A DNA stretch of 64,000 nt from Lama glama (Eukaryota). Location of the stretch: NCBI GenBank assembly GCA_028534125.1, contig CM052816.1, positions 40,860,001-40,924,000 of the forward strand. The letters are read 5' to 3'. Below, one piece after another: positions 24,793-37,150 of the stretch (the stretch's first letter is position 1; every line of letters begins with the position of its first letter). The notes below the pieces were generated by a model, which was not told the DNA's origin, ran no database searches, and was given only the letters and a program-made list of their open reading frames with translations. The translations under genes and the position numbers were made by a program.

Positions 24793-24859
24793 ATTGAAAT
24801 AAAGTATCATAAATTAAAATAAAGTATCATAAATTATTGAAATAAAGTATCATAAATTA
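24793..24859. repeat. Three perfect copies of the 20-mer aaataaagtatcataaatta
   Basis: Copies at 24797-24816, 24817-24836 and 24840-24859. Confidence 0.95.
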
Positions 24860-25469
24860 AATTAATTTCATGGATTCCTTGAATAAAACCCAAGTCTATT
24901 GGGTAAAAAAGTTTTTATCTTCAGGTCTCTGCCAAGCCTTTTGTTACTTCTCTTTATTAAATTTCTTTTGAATCTTTAGTGCTAATTATTAGATATGAGA
25001 GAGTGAATAGATTCCCAGAATAAAGTTTAACAGACCAATTTAGGACATCCTTTGGCCCAGAATTTCTCACACATCAGAAGCTTACTATATTATTGCAATA
25101 AATACCATTTTGGGGATTAACTGAATTTTAAAACAGACAAGAGTGTTCTGTCTTACTAACTAATTTAAAGTATTTTATGCTGCATTAACCTGCTTAAAGT
25201 AAACAAGTTTTTAAAAGCTTGGTCAATACCAACAAGAAAAAAAAAACAAACCCCAAATCCCCCCCAAACTACACCAAGCAGTACCTTGCTGTAGAGCAAA
25301 GTGTCTGGACATAATAAACAAACATGACTTGACTTAAAACTCTAACTTGGAAATGAGCAATTTGCTGTTTGTTAAAAAGAGTATTTGTAAACATCTGCAA
25401 CTCTATGTGGCTATGTGGGCCAGAGTGTACATCACGACATTGCACATATCCACAATGGCAAACGCAGAA

Positions 25470-25595
25470 TTACTGGATCAATTGTTAAATACTGCCCCTG
25501 TGCATCACCAGTGGTCCTGGCCTGAGTGGGGAACTAACCAGGAACTCAAGTCTTCTGAGTGTGAGTCTGGGGCTCTTCCCACTGCTACGTCACAA
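25470..25595 (-). mobile_element. MIR fragment
   Basis: gaactcaagtcttctgagtgtgagtctggggctcttcccactgctac is the reverse MIR 5' end. Confidence 0.55.
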
Positions 25596-27124
25596 GGTCT
25601 GTGTCTGATTGCTCTCGGGCTCCTACAATGTGCAGTTGTACAATTCCTCTCAGCACTGATGGCTTTTAATCTCTACATTAGAGGAATGTAAGACTTATTT
25701 TTATTTGAGGTATAATTTACCGAAATGATTTAAATTTATATGCAAAGATTAAACATCTCAATGTTTATTCATAATGGCATTTACAGTGTTTTATTTAACA
25801 GTGTAAATGTTGTGTGTGGTTTAGCAGCTCAGACTAATTTCAGATACATTCAGTTTCACAGGCACATAGACAGTAGACTATCTCTGGCTTAATATAGACT
25901 CATTAGAAATAGAAATCTTCTCAATTTATTTCAGATATCATAATGAATGGTGGTGATAAACCCATATGAAATCATAGAACACATGACTAGAATTTCCCTT
26001 TTCTGATTTTTTTTTTGTCATTTTCAGATACTGCTATTGGGTGTACTTTTAAATATAATCAGAGTAAGTGCATAAAGAAAAAACAAAGGTTTCATATAAT
26101 ATCCTGTCAGTAAAATTAGTAAATCTGGAAAGCAATTTCCAATTTAGTAGGTGGATCAGGAGATAAGACGCAATATCAGTTCATTCTCACTATGGCAAAA
26201 GAAAGTGCAATTTTCAGTACTCTTCTAACTTCTATTATCCACATGGGAGCTGTTATTATCTGCATAATGTACTGAGGCATTTGCAATTAGGCTTACTGTT
26301 CAGATTAGTCTCCCTCCATTTCAAGTCACTTTCACTTGAAACGATAAAATTAAATTAGCAGTCTTAGCCAGATCAGTGTGAACTTCCTCCCAGTGGATTT
26401 TGCACGCTATTGTTGCTCGGTTACAGTTTTCATACCATAACATCGGATGCATTTGGAATACAGACATTTTTGGCCCATTTGTAGGAATTTTTAATAAAAG
26501 AGGGAAAATATAATTTTGCTTAATTCAGTTTCTTCCATGTAGCTATGGTACTAGAGTTTAAAATAGCAAGAGAATGCTTGCTTTGGAGTTAATTGTATAC
26601 TTTCATTTCAAGCTATGTGATGAGATTTATATTAAAAATTAAACTATATTGGCAAAATAAAATAATACTAAATTCCAATTGTAATACAAATTTCATTTTT
26701 TCTTTGAAATAGGAGATAGAATTACTCTATGAAATTATGTCTAGGAAAGAACTAGTCCTTTCTTGTTTTCATAATCTCTTTATATTCTTTTATTTTCTTT
26801 CTTTCTCTTCTAATGATAATGATGTATGATGTACATTTATCAAATATAATCAGAAGACTTTTGGTATGTTTTCTCTTTCTTTTGTTTATTTGGTTTCTTT
26901 TCTCAATCTCAATAAACAGTCCAGAGAGGAATTTGTTAAAAATAGCTAAACACCTAAATAGATTTACATTTAAATTACAGATTTATAGCTGGAAAAAAGG
27001 TGGCATGGACAAAATTTTAAAGTCTCAATAGTGGAGGTAGTTATATTTTTGCCCTGCTTATTTAAAATAGGGAAGATATTTTCATCCTATGCTCTTTCAT
27101 AACAGGTTCTCCTTAGTTCCTCAA

Positions 27125-27495
27125 TTACACCTGTCCTTTCAGTCTGCCCTCTCCTTATAAACCCTTGTACCATTCATTGTTTGACTAGCTTTTGCTCATC
27201 CTTCAAGCCAAAGTTTTGTCACTTGTGAGAATGCTTCCCCAACATCCTCAGACTCAGAAGGGTGCACATCTTAGGCTTTTAATCTCTACATTTTAGGCTT
27301 TTAATCTCTACATTTTAGGAATCCCGCAGCACCACGCTCTTCCCCCTGCACGGCAGGGGCATATTGTTTAGGTCATCATTAAGGCATGACCTGCTGCATT
27401 CATTTCTATTTTCCCAGAGTTTTATGCCCAATTTTTAATGGAGTATAAATTTAATAACTATTTGTCAAAAGTCTGACAATAAAATGAATGAATCA
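27125..27495 (+). mobile_element. L2 3' region containing a 22-bp tandem duplication
   Basis: ctcatccttcaagcc...aaatgaatgaat terminus. A tandem unit lies at 27266-27319. Confidence 0.55.
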
Positions 27496-27654
27496 TTAAA
27501 TGTTAGGTATTGTTTTTAGAGAAGCAGAAAATGGCAGCAACAAATAAGCTAAATATGACTGACTTCTTAGACTGATGTAAACCCTCCCCTAATTCATTAT
27601 TTTCTGCCTTCCATTATAATATATAGATTGTTTCTGACTCAAAATCACATCTGA

Positions 27655-27657
<3 letters not shown>

Positions 27658-27694
<37 letters not shown>
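27658..27694. repeat. (TG)18 microsatellite
   Basis: Direct observation. Confidence 0.97.
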
Positions 27695-27695
<1 letters not shown>

Positions 27696-28085
27696 TGTGT
27701 GTTAAAGAGAGACAGACAGAAGGACAGACAGATGGACTGTGGCTGCCTACAGGCCAGCTCTCCATCTTCATTTCACACTCTCTACCACTCCCTGTCACAT
27801 CGTATCTGACCACCTCACTTTCTCACACATTTATGGTATCTGACTAGACCTACAAAGTAAGCATTTCAATTTGGAATCCTGGATCTAACTACACCTTGGG
27901 AATAACAATGCTCTAACAATGGAAAATTAGACAAGAAATATTATTTTAATCTGGTGATTTTTTTCTTTACAAAAGGATTAACCCTTATATTACTTTGAAA
28001 ATTCAAATCTTCTGACACCTTTACTGTGGTTCGTTTTTTAATTTAGAGACTCAGTTTAAATACAAAGTTCTCAGAGAAACAGCCA

Positions 28086-28372
28086 CAGGCACACAGCCCC
28101 TACCCAGAATTCTTAAAACCAAAAACATCTGGAGATTTCAATGCTAGTCCACAATTGATCTGACTGACACCTCAGTAGTACTCTCATTTTGGTCATTTAT
28201 TTCACCGAGTGGCACTATTTGCACATTTTGCTGCAAAAACATTAATGTAATTTATTATGAGATGTCGCCAATATTTGACATTCATTTCACAGTCCCTCCT
28301 AAAATAAAAATAAAAGTAATTTAAATTGTGAAACTCATGTGACCCCATGGATACCAATTAAGGTTGTAGAAA
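28086..28372 (+). mobile_element. MER46C-like (TcMar-Tigger) non-autonomous element
   Basis: caggcacacagcccctacccagaattc...tgatctgactgac...ttttgctgcaaaaacattaatgtaatttattatgagatg...gaaactcatgtgacccca. Confidence 0.7.
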
Positions 28373-30264
28373 AACATGAAAAGTAAATATAAATCAACTT
28401 CAAATGTAAACACACCTAGACTAGAAATTTAAAAAGTAACAGAAGCAAAAGAAAGAAAAAGAAACACACCTTCTGCAGCGGGTGGAGAAGGGATACTTTA
28501 TGTAGTAATGTCACACAGGCATTCATGTTTTCCCTCCAGAAATGGTGATGAAAGTATCTGGTTACTATTTTTTTTTCCCCCAGGACAGAAATTCCCATAG
28601 TTTGTTATTTCAAACAACCCCTTTGTCAGTCTGTGTTTGACAAACATAAGCAGCTAGACTGTTTATTATGATCATGTTTTTAAAACATATTACAATGATT
28701 TAATTTAAACTTGACCATAACAATGCTATTTTTTATTCTCCTTTCCATACATACTATGTAACATACTATCGTCTTTGATATTAAATAGGTATTAGCTAGG
28801 ACTGTGAAAGACAGAGATTTAATACTGTAAATAAAGCATATTCTCTAAAGAGATGGTTCCCCAGATACACTTAACAAATAATGATGCCTTACCCAGCATA
28901 TCTTACTGGTAGTAGCTGCTAGTTAGGGAAGGGGGTGAACTTGCCCATGACATGTAAGAATCTCCCTGCCCCTTTTCGCTTTCCACTCCATGGCTGAATT
29001 TGTTACTCTAGGTTTCCAAACATATGTGATTAGAAATTGAGATTTTCAGCAGAAAACAAGCCCAATTTAAAAAACAAACAAACAAAAACTTGCCTTCAGC
29101 CTTTTTTGGGTTTTGATCATATATAGTGCTGATAAGGTAATCCTCTTATTGTATCTAAATGATGATGCCTGTCTTCTTAAGTAATCTGAATCCTATCAGT
29201 TTCAATCTCAGAGAAGATTTTAAAAACAGCTTTTGGCAGAACTTGATGCTAACTTGGAATACTTACCACAGCATCCAGGCTCTACAGAGAAAACCCTGAT
29301 CTAATTGAAATTCAGAATTTACAGATATATACATGTGCACAAACTTCTCCAGTTGCAGTGAAAAGCAATTAATTTTAAAGATCATAAAAATGGTTTAATT
29401 ACTAAGAAATTGTTAATTTTCTATAAAAATGCTTTATCTATCATATTCCATTACTGCCTAAAATTATTTTCTGCAACTGACCGATATAAAGAATGTTTTA
29501 CAGTTCACAAACAAGTGTGGTATCATAACACTGCCATGACACATGGCGGGGCCTAAAAATTTAATAGGAACCCATCACAAAAAAGTAATTTTTCTAGGGA
29601 TGCTAAAATACCTTAAATGCTTTAAAAGTATACCTTAATGAAGACTATATCATGTATTTATATATGTTTCCCAACCAAACAAAAAAATAGGACCATCAAA
29701 ATTTAGACCAGGAGAAGATGAATGCAGCTACTTATACAATGAATGAACAGAAATACTCAGTCAATTGAACTTTCTCCTCAGCAAGCACATCAGAAGATGA
29801 CTCAGTTCAGCCCTGTCTGTTAATGTATTAATTTAAAAGGTTCTTATCTTGCTTTCCCAAAACTCCCTTCTAAGCCAGTATCTTTCTGAATGGCATTGAA
29901 CTTTAACATAGACAAGGTGCTTTCTGTGCAGAAGATAAAAAATGCCTAGAGCAGCAGGAAATAAGCCAAATAATAGTAAAACCAAACTGTCTCCACAGGG
30001 GAGGGAACTAGCTATTTCTGCATCAGAAATATTAAATCCTGTCTTAGAGTAATACACTTGTTGTATATACACTGATACAATAGTAAGTATTTTGAAAGGT
30101 GAATAATGAAGTTCATGCACATTAAAGGAACACTATAACAGAAAGATCTAGTGGATTTTTTCCTACTTTTGTGTCACTCATTCCAATACAGATGGAGTAA
30201 TCAAAACATTTTGAAATTTAAAATTTGTTCACAGTATCAACGTCAAAACATAGGTGAAATGGTG

Positions 30265-30955
30265 GTTTTTATTCTGATTACAAGCACAACACATTTTCTG
30301 TAATTTGAAAAATAAACATTAATTGTAATCCCATCACCTCAAGATACTTTGTTAGCTTCCTTCCCTGTATTCATTTCTATATATACTTTATGTAATTCAC
30401 TTTAACTTAGGTAATTATATAATGTATATATTTATTATAACTAACAACATCTATACATTTTAATTTGAAGTTGCCAGCATTTGACTGTTTCTACTGATAA
30501 AAATGTTAATTCTGAATGTGAGTTAAAATCTGTATTATGTTAAATACATTGTATTCTCTTCTGCTTTCTTAATATTATATTTTCATCATTTAAGCATGTC
30601 TTGATTTTTATTTGCCTAAATATTCTTTGCATGAAGGATACCATAACTTATTCAATAATTTCTAAATCTTTTAGCATTTTAGTTATTTCAAGCTTCTCAT
30701 TATTTGAATAAGGCTGTTCAGAAAAGTTTAAAAGTTTCTTAAATAGGTCTCCAGATATTTCCTTAGAACTGATTGTTATAGACATTAAATCTTTAAGTGT
30801 CTTGAACCACATAGCCAAATTTCTCTCCAGAGACATCACACCAAATGACTTGCCCAGAGCAGCCTATGGACATCCATCTCACCTCCGTCTCAAAAATAGC
30901 ATTACAATTTATACATTCTAACTATTTCTGTGTACTAGATGAAAAGTAGTTTTGA
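30265..30955 (-). mobile_element. Old L1ME-type 3' region
   Basis: ataccataacttattcaataa...catagccaaatttctctccagagac...accaaatgac is antisense L1ME. Confidence 0.65.
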
Positions 30956-31019
30956 ACGTGATCAAAAAGAGGGACACACACACACTATTGTTAAAACATA
31001 AGATTAAGTATTGTCAGGC

Positions 31020-32750
31020 TGAGATTTTGAGTTTATTTCTTGTCTTATTAAAAACCCAACAGAATGATATTAAAGAAATTTGAAAAAAATGAGTCAGCCC
31101 AAAGCACAAGGAGGATGGGAAGGCAATTCTTGCCATGCTTTCAGCAGGTGAGAGAGTTAGACAAATTTCTTAAAGATGGGTAAGTGAGGGAACAGTGTTG
31201 ATTGGTATGCCACACAGAAAGGGGCCAGATCGGTGGGCTCAGTCATTTGGTTTACTTTATACCCTGACACATGAATTCAGTGAACATACTGTCAGTGGTG
31301 GACTGGAGTAGAAGGGGTAGACATGAATGAAAAGGCTATATTGAAAAACTCAAACTTCCTCACATAACTTCCCTGTCCTTTCCCCAAATGGTCACCACAC
31401 AGGAAGTGGCCAAATCACAGGTAAATTTTTTTTTAATTAAAAAAAAAAAGAGATTAAATATGCAGACTGGTGTAGAGTATGGAAAGAAAGATCTATGCTA
31501 AAATCTAACAGGGGTTCTGATTTCCTAAATTAATATTTAAACATTTCAGAGTATAGAATAGGATACTAACTTATCCTTGACTATCCCTTAGAGCAGAATT
31601 TGTCACTGGATGTGCCTCACCCAAATGCACACAGCTTCTGATTACTTCTCTTGTCTTATTCTTAAATATGAAAGGAAAACCAAGGGTCATCCAACATTTG
31701 AGGGAAACTGCAGCAGGAAGGAGAAAAATATGTAAAATATGTAAAAAAATATGTAAAATAAATGATCTGAAGTTACAATAAATAAAGATAATTCAGAGAA
31801 CAAAAGAAAACCTTTAAAACTAAGCTTTATTGAATAATTTCAGGTAAATTACAGAAGCTATCACTGTGACAAAAGAAGAACAAGAGATATTATGAACTAG
31901 TAGTTATCAGAGAGTGACACAGATCACTTGGAAATTAAAAAATATAACAGAACACTACGAATAAGACGAGGATTCTAAAATTTCTAAAGAGAGGAAAAAG
32001 AAAAAAACACACAAAGCAATGTGAATCAGATTAGCATCAAACTGATCGCTACAAGAAAACATTCTGAAGGAAAAGATCTTCAATTACAAATTTTACCCAA
32101 CAAGACTGTGAAGTGAAGAGCAGAATAAACACAACTTTAGGCAAGAAAATATTCAGAAACTTTACTTCCCACGTATTATACGTCAGGAAGTAATCTGATG
32201 ATTGCTTCAATAAAATGAGGGATTAATCAAAGATGATTAAAACAAACAAAAGTTGGACTCAGGAAAGTAAGGAAAGGAGGTTAGAGGATGACACCTGTGC
32301 AGAAGGCCTGAGAACTCATGAGACCCAAAAGGTGAGGACGGAAAAAGGGGTAAGAGGGGAGGGTGTAAACTCGTAGCATCTCTCGTAGGCGTGGATTCAA
32401 CAGATAAGCTTGAGACACTGGCACAGTTTAAGTATGTGTAACAAAGGAAAAAAGAGAAGTATAAGCAGTGAACAACTCTGGAGATGGGATGATAGTGGCA
32501 ACTGTGGCAAAAAATTGGTTATCATAGCACATTCTTTGGTTCTGAGTTGTATATATACTATGTCATTACTATGCAAATCTTACCAGTTAAGTATTTGCCC
32601 CAAACTGATTCTCTGTACATTTGAATACCATTAACAAGAGTAATAGAGAGAAAAAAAAGTAACATAGGGGAATAAAAATATCACACAATTAAGTCAAATT
32701 ATTAGGATTGAAGAGTAGACTTAGACAAATATTTGAAACAATTTAAAAAT
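31020..32750 (+). mobile_element. HAL1 (half-L1) element, fragmented
   Basis: ORF1-like A-rich region, then aaactttacttcccacgtattatacgtcaggaagtaatctgatgattgcttcaataaaatgagggattaatcaa and aggatgacacctgtgcagaaggcctgaga, characteristic of HAL1. The ends are approximate. Confidence 0.65.
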
Positions 32751-32999
32751 AAAGAACTACATTTCAGAGAAACCCGGGGAGGGATATAACCTTCGATGTT
32801 TATCTGAGTTAACTTCCATGGAAATAAGTAACTTCAGCAGAAAAGGTTACAAGTTTAAGCCTTGCTTTAGCAAACTTAATGAAAATATATTTACTGCACA
32901 TAGAAAGTGTGGAAACCAAATGTAGTCAAGTTTTAAGTGTTCAAATGTACTGATTTGTTTGATTTTTTTTCTGATACTGTTTCTTCCACGTTCCTTCTC

Positions 33000-33493
33000 T
33001 GAAATGGGATAGAGATGGTGAGAAATGAAGCCAATATAATTACCTGTCTCCGTGTGAAGCCAGGCATATTTTTAGGTCCCTAGTTAAACAACACTGAGAC
33101 CAAACAAAAATAACCTAGCAGATGACCCTAGGAAATATTTTCTCTCAGAAAATATGTCTGTAACCCAACCAAATCAGCCTGCCTGTCAGTACTAAGACCG
33201 GATCATCAAGACTCATTTTAAGACCATCACCTTGCTGTGTCCACCAAACCAAAGCTGTTATATCATAAATGCTGCTTAGTTCCAGTAGGTTCTTTACCTT
33301 GCAAAATCCACCTTAAATCACCAAATCCAGGTCCCAAAACTCCTTAAATAACCGTTTCGACCATCACTCATTTAAGACACAAATGAGGCTCTGCCAAATT
33401 CATGGTCTCCCTTGCTGCAGTAAGTATAATAAATTTAATTTTCCTTGATCAATAGATTTTCCTGATGATTTTGTGATGGGATGGGGGTCTTCA
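33000..33493 (+). mobile_element. ERV1 5' LTR (MER110/MER90-like)
   Basis: TG...CA, 494 bp, with ggtctcccttgctgcagtaagtataataaa poly(A) region. It is followed by a PBS. Confidence 0.7.
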
Positions 33494-33500
33494 ATAATTC

Positions 33501-33518
33501 TGGAGACCCCACCAAGAT
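33501..33518 (+). promoter_or_regulatory. Retroviral primer-binding site, tRNA-Gln type
   Basis: tggagaccccaccaagat matches TGGAGGTCCCACCGAGAT (complement of the tRNA-Gln 3' end) at 15/18 positions and lies 7 nt after the LTR. Confidence 0.7.
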
Positions 33519-34340
33519 CCAACAGAAACTACCTTCCCATCACAGCTCATAGATTATTATCTCAGAACCAGAGTTCTCCCCCAGGGTCTCTTGAGCCCTC
33601 CTGCAATAGTGACCTACATTCGATGCTGTGTACAGACTCCTACTTCTACTAATTAAAATCCCCAGTACCAGGTCATTGTGTATCTTAGGAATGTATATCC
33701 ATGTTTTAAGAATCTTTTGATAAACTGATCAATTTTGAATATTTATATTATTTGTAAAAATCTATAGTTTTACTAATGACACTATGTGTCCTTCTATCTG
33801 CTTTCATCTTTTTCCACTGTTAATCTATAGGAGGAAGTTCAAAGGACAAAAGACCAGTATAGATCTGCTAGGATTGTCTTTCATGCCAGATACAAGGGAT
33901 ACCATGTAATAGGCTGCAATAGTCTAATGTCTTTATAGTTCAATCTTTGATTTGAGTTCTCTCTCAAATAGTTGGAATACTTTCCTCGGTAGTATCTTGT
34001 TTTGTTCATGGAAGTCTGGGGTTTAGCAAAGATCTGCTCAACATACATTCCATTACCAGAGACTGCCTATTTGTCAGTTCTCCAACTGGAAAGGACCAAC
34101 TATTAGGCTGGGATCCTGAGATACATGGTACTACAGCAACATATTTGATCAAACATATTTTCATGGGTTTACATCAATCTATGTACACATCTCCTCTGGA
34201 TCAAACTCTTGCCTCATATGACTCTTATTTCAGCACCAATTTTTCTACTTTCATTTCTAAATGTAAAAATAGAAGCAAAGTGTAATTTGTAATAAAACAG
34301 TCACTTCGGGGAACTTTCACTACATGAAACTAGTCATTTA
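33519..34340 (+). mobile_element. Degenerate ERV1 internal leader region
   Basis: Follows the LTR and PBS, with no intact gag. The right boundary is inferred from the start of the L1 5' end. Confidence 0.45.
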
Positions 34341-34354
34341 AAAAGCTTCTTATG

Positions 34355-34890
34355 GAAATGGGAATTGGGAATAGCAATTTGAGGAGCTCAGAGGAACTTC
34401 TCCCCAGCTAAACAACCATTTAACTGGTAAAAAAAATAAAGAAAAATGGACTAAGGCTCTGAAAATTGTCCTAAGGTCATACTGCAAATGGAAAAACATC
34501 ATTCAAGAAAATACAATAAATTTCACTTTAAAAAGTGAGACACTGTGGACTTTTCCTGCCCTAGCCAATGTGACAGAGCTATACTCTGGGTGGACAGACA
34601 CAAAAGGCCACATATTGTATGATTTCATTCTTATTAAATGTCCAGAACAGACAAATCTACAGAGGCAGAAAATAAATGAGCAGTTGCCTGTGGCTAGGAA
34701 GGGAGGAAGGAATGGGAAATATTTGCTAATGTGTACAGGGCTTCGTTTTAGAGTAACAAAAGGATCCAAAATTGTATTTTGGTGATGACTGCAAAACTCT
34801 GTGAATGTACTAAAAAAAAAAACCCATGAATTGTACATTTTAAATGGGTGATTTGTATAGCATGTGAATTCTATCTCAGTAAAGATATAT
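34355..34890 (+). mobile_element. L1M4-like 5' end (about 34355-34594) joined to an L1MB-type 3' UTR (34595-34890)
   Basis: 5' part: ctctgaaaattgtcctaaggtcatactgcaaatggaaaaacatcattcaagaaaat. 3' part: cagacacaaaaggccacatattgtatgatt...gaattgtacattttaaatgggtga...tatctcagtaaa. Confidence 0.75.
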
Positions 34891-35779
34891 ATTGGTTCAG
34901 GGTCCTATTGGTCCCACTGGCCATATGGCCCAAATAGAAGGCCGGTACAGCACTCTAATTTGACATTTCTAGCTCCCTATTATTGGAATAATACTATCTT
35001 AGATTTTGGTATTAGTTATAGACTTAAGAATCTATTCTAGCCAGTTTAAGCAGAAAGGTATTTAAGGAGTTTTAAGCTTCTCCAAACCTCAATGTGGGCT
35101 ATAGAACCAGACTTGGATGCTATGAAAAATATTTGACTAGGGACTGTCCCGATAGGAGAAATACCAAGCCATGGTAATCACATTCATGATCAAAATTTAG
35201 AGAAAAAATATATTCTTAGAAAATTAGAGAGGACAAATTTCTAAACATTCAATGGTCTGCACTTTTGATTGGTATGAAGAAGTTTGAAAAAAAGACTCAG
35301 TTTCCAAAATTTCTTCCTTCAAGATGATCAAGATAAGGAAAGAATATGGTAAACTCAAGCCTATGTTGAATTTAGATCATTCTGTATCTTTTATTCCCCT
35401 GCACACCTTTATTGCTCCCAGCTTCTTCTTCCTGATCGTCTTCCTTCTACTCACTCAGGTCAAAGAGAAACTCTCAAAACTCAGCTGGCCCTTTACATTT
35501 AAGCTTCTCTAAAGGAAGAAATCCCTCATGGTTGATTTTAAGTCATGGTCTTCATCAGAATTAAGAGCTGTTGAGAGAATTTTCCCAAGCTTATATACGA
35601 CAGTCAAAAACATTACAGGGGGGTTTAGAATAGTTCATGGGGTAGATAGACACTGTGTTGCACTGCAAAGCTCTCCATCCAAGAATTGAAGTCTTATTGA
35701 AGAAGGAATTGAAATCTTAGTTGGCTCAAGGTCACACCACTTTCCTGGAGGAGACTATGCATAGTGTAATATATTGATC

Positions 35780-36102
35780 TTTTTTCTAAATTAATTCAGG
35801 AACTCAGATCATGTTTTTACACATGAGCATTTAGAACTATAGTTTTTCCTCCCTAAAGTGATTTAGCTATATCCCATTTATTTAAACGTGTCTTTTAAAA
35901 TAATCCAATTCTAATCTAAAAATTTTTTTTAATTATTATAATTTCTTCTTTCATCTTTGATTACTTAAAAATATATATTTTATTACCTCTAACTTAATTA
36001 ACTTTGTACACAGGAGATATGGTCTGTGTGAGTTTTACCACCTGGAATTTGTTGAGGTTTGCTTTATGACCTGGTATATGTTCAGTTTTTGCAAATGTTC
36101 CA
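35780..36102 (-). mobile_element. Old L1 ORF2 endonuclease-region fragment
   Basis: Minus ORF GTFAKTEHIPGHKANLNKFQ corresponds to L1 EN GTFSKIDHILGHKxxLNKFK. Confidence 0.85.
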
Positions 36103-36309
36103 ATAAAACTGAGGCTGTGAACCTTCACGGGCCTCGCACACACCAAGGCAACACCAACTGTAGCATTTGTCTGTGCTTCCGGTTTCCCACTTTCTGACTG
36201 TTTCTGATCTGTGGAAAAAGTCCCTTGTTTTCCCACCTAGTTCAACTATGCATTAAAAAGAGTTTTTAAGATATTTTATTCACCAGAGGTTACTTGGAGT
36301 CAAGTTTTT

Positions 36310-36445
36310 TGTTGAGAATGCTGTATATTTTAATTGTGGTATGCTACGTAGATAAAGGTATGTCAAAACTCCCTAAACTATACATTTAAATTGAGTGCTT
36401 TCTGTAGTATGTAAGGTATAGCTCAATAAAGTCAATTTTTAAAAT
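36310..36445 (+). mobile_element. L1ME/L1MB 3' terminal fragment
   Basis: tgtcaaaactccctaaactatacatttaaa...tatgtaaggtatagctcaataaagtcaattttt. Confidence 0.7.
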
Positions 36446-37091
36446 GTTAGTATTTTCTGTAGCTATCCTGGAAGTAATTTCACTGACTATATAGTCAGCT
36501 ATATTATCTTAAAAATCACCAGCATATGCTGCAAAGACGGACTGACAAGTTTTGGGCAGCATTTACAATGTCTAAACTGATTGAAAGGATGGAGAATGTA
36601 GATACCAGAAACAAGACAAGAGACAAGACTACTACAAGCAAGCAGGAGTTACAGCTGTGCACTAAGGCACCAGCTCTACAAACAGAAGGGAAGTGAGATG
36701 CCACTTGAAGGATGAATGCACGGCACTCAGTTTCTGACAAGGCGTGGATAAAACTCCCTTTGTCACTGGGAGGCATGATAAGATCACCACACGGAAAAAA
36801 TTGATTACTTCCCATTAATATGTCCACATTAAATAATTTGCATTAGCTGATTAGGCAGAGTGTAGTGTAAGTATGTAATTCTTATTTTTCTAAGGAGCCA
36901 GGAAGCAAATGAATGGGAAATAAGTCTCTACCAAGGAAAGGGGAGATTAATCAAAGTCCTGTGTATCCGCATCTCTGGAATTGAGGAGCTGAGGAGTTTC
37001 TTGTATCAGAAAGATGATATAAGAGAAGAGATGACCTGGAGACAAATTTCAGCTATTCCCCATTTCACTGTGGACCAGGCCTGCTAACTAG

Positions 37092-37108
37092 TAATAATAA
37101 TAATAATG

Positions 37109-37150
<42 letters not shown>
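37092..37150. repeat. (AAT)n microsatellite
   Basis: About 19 units with one GAT interruption. Confidence 0.97.
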
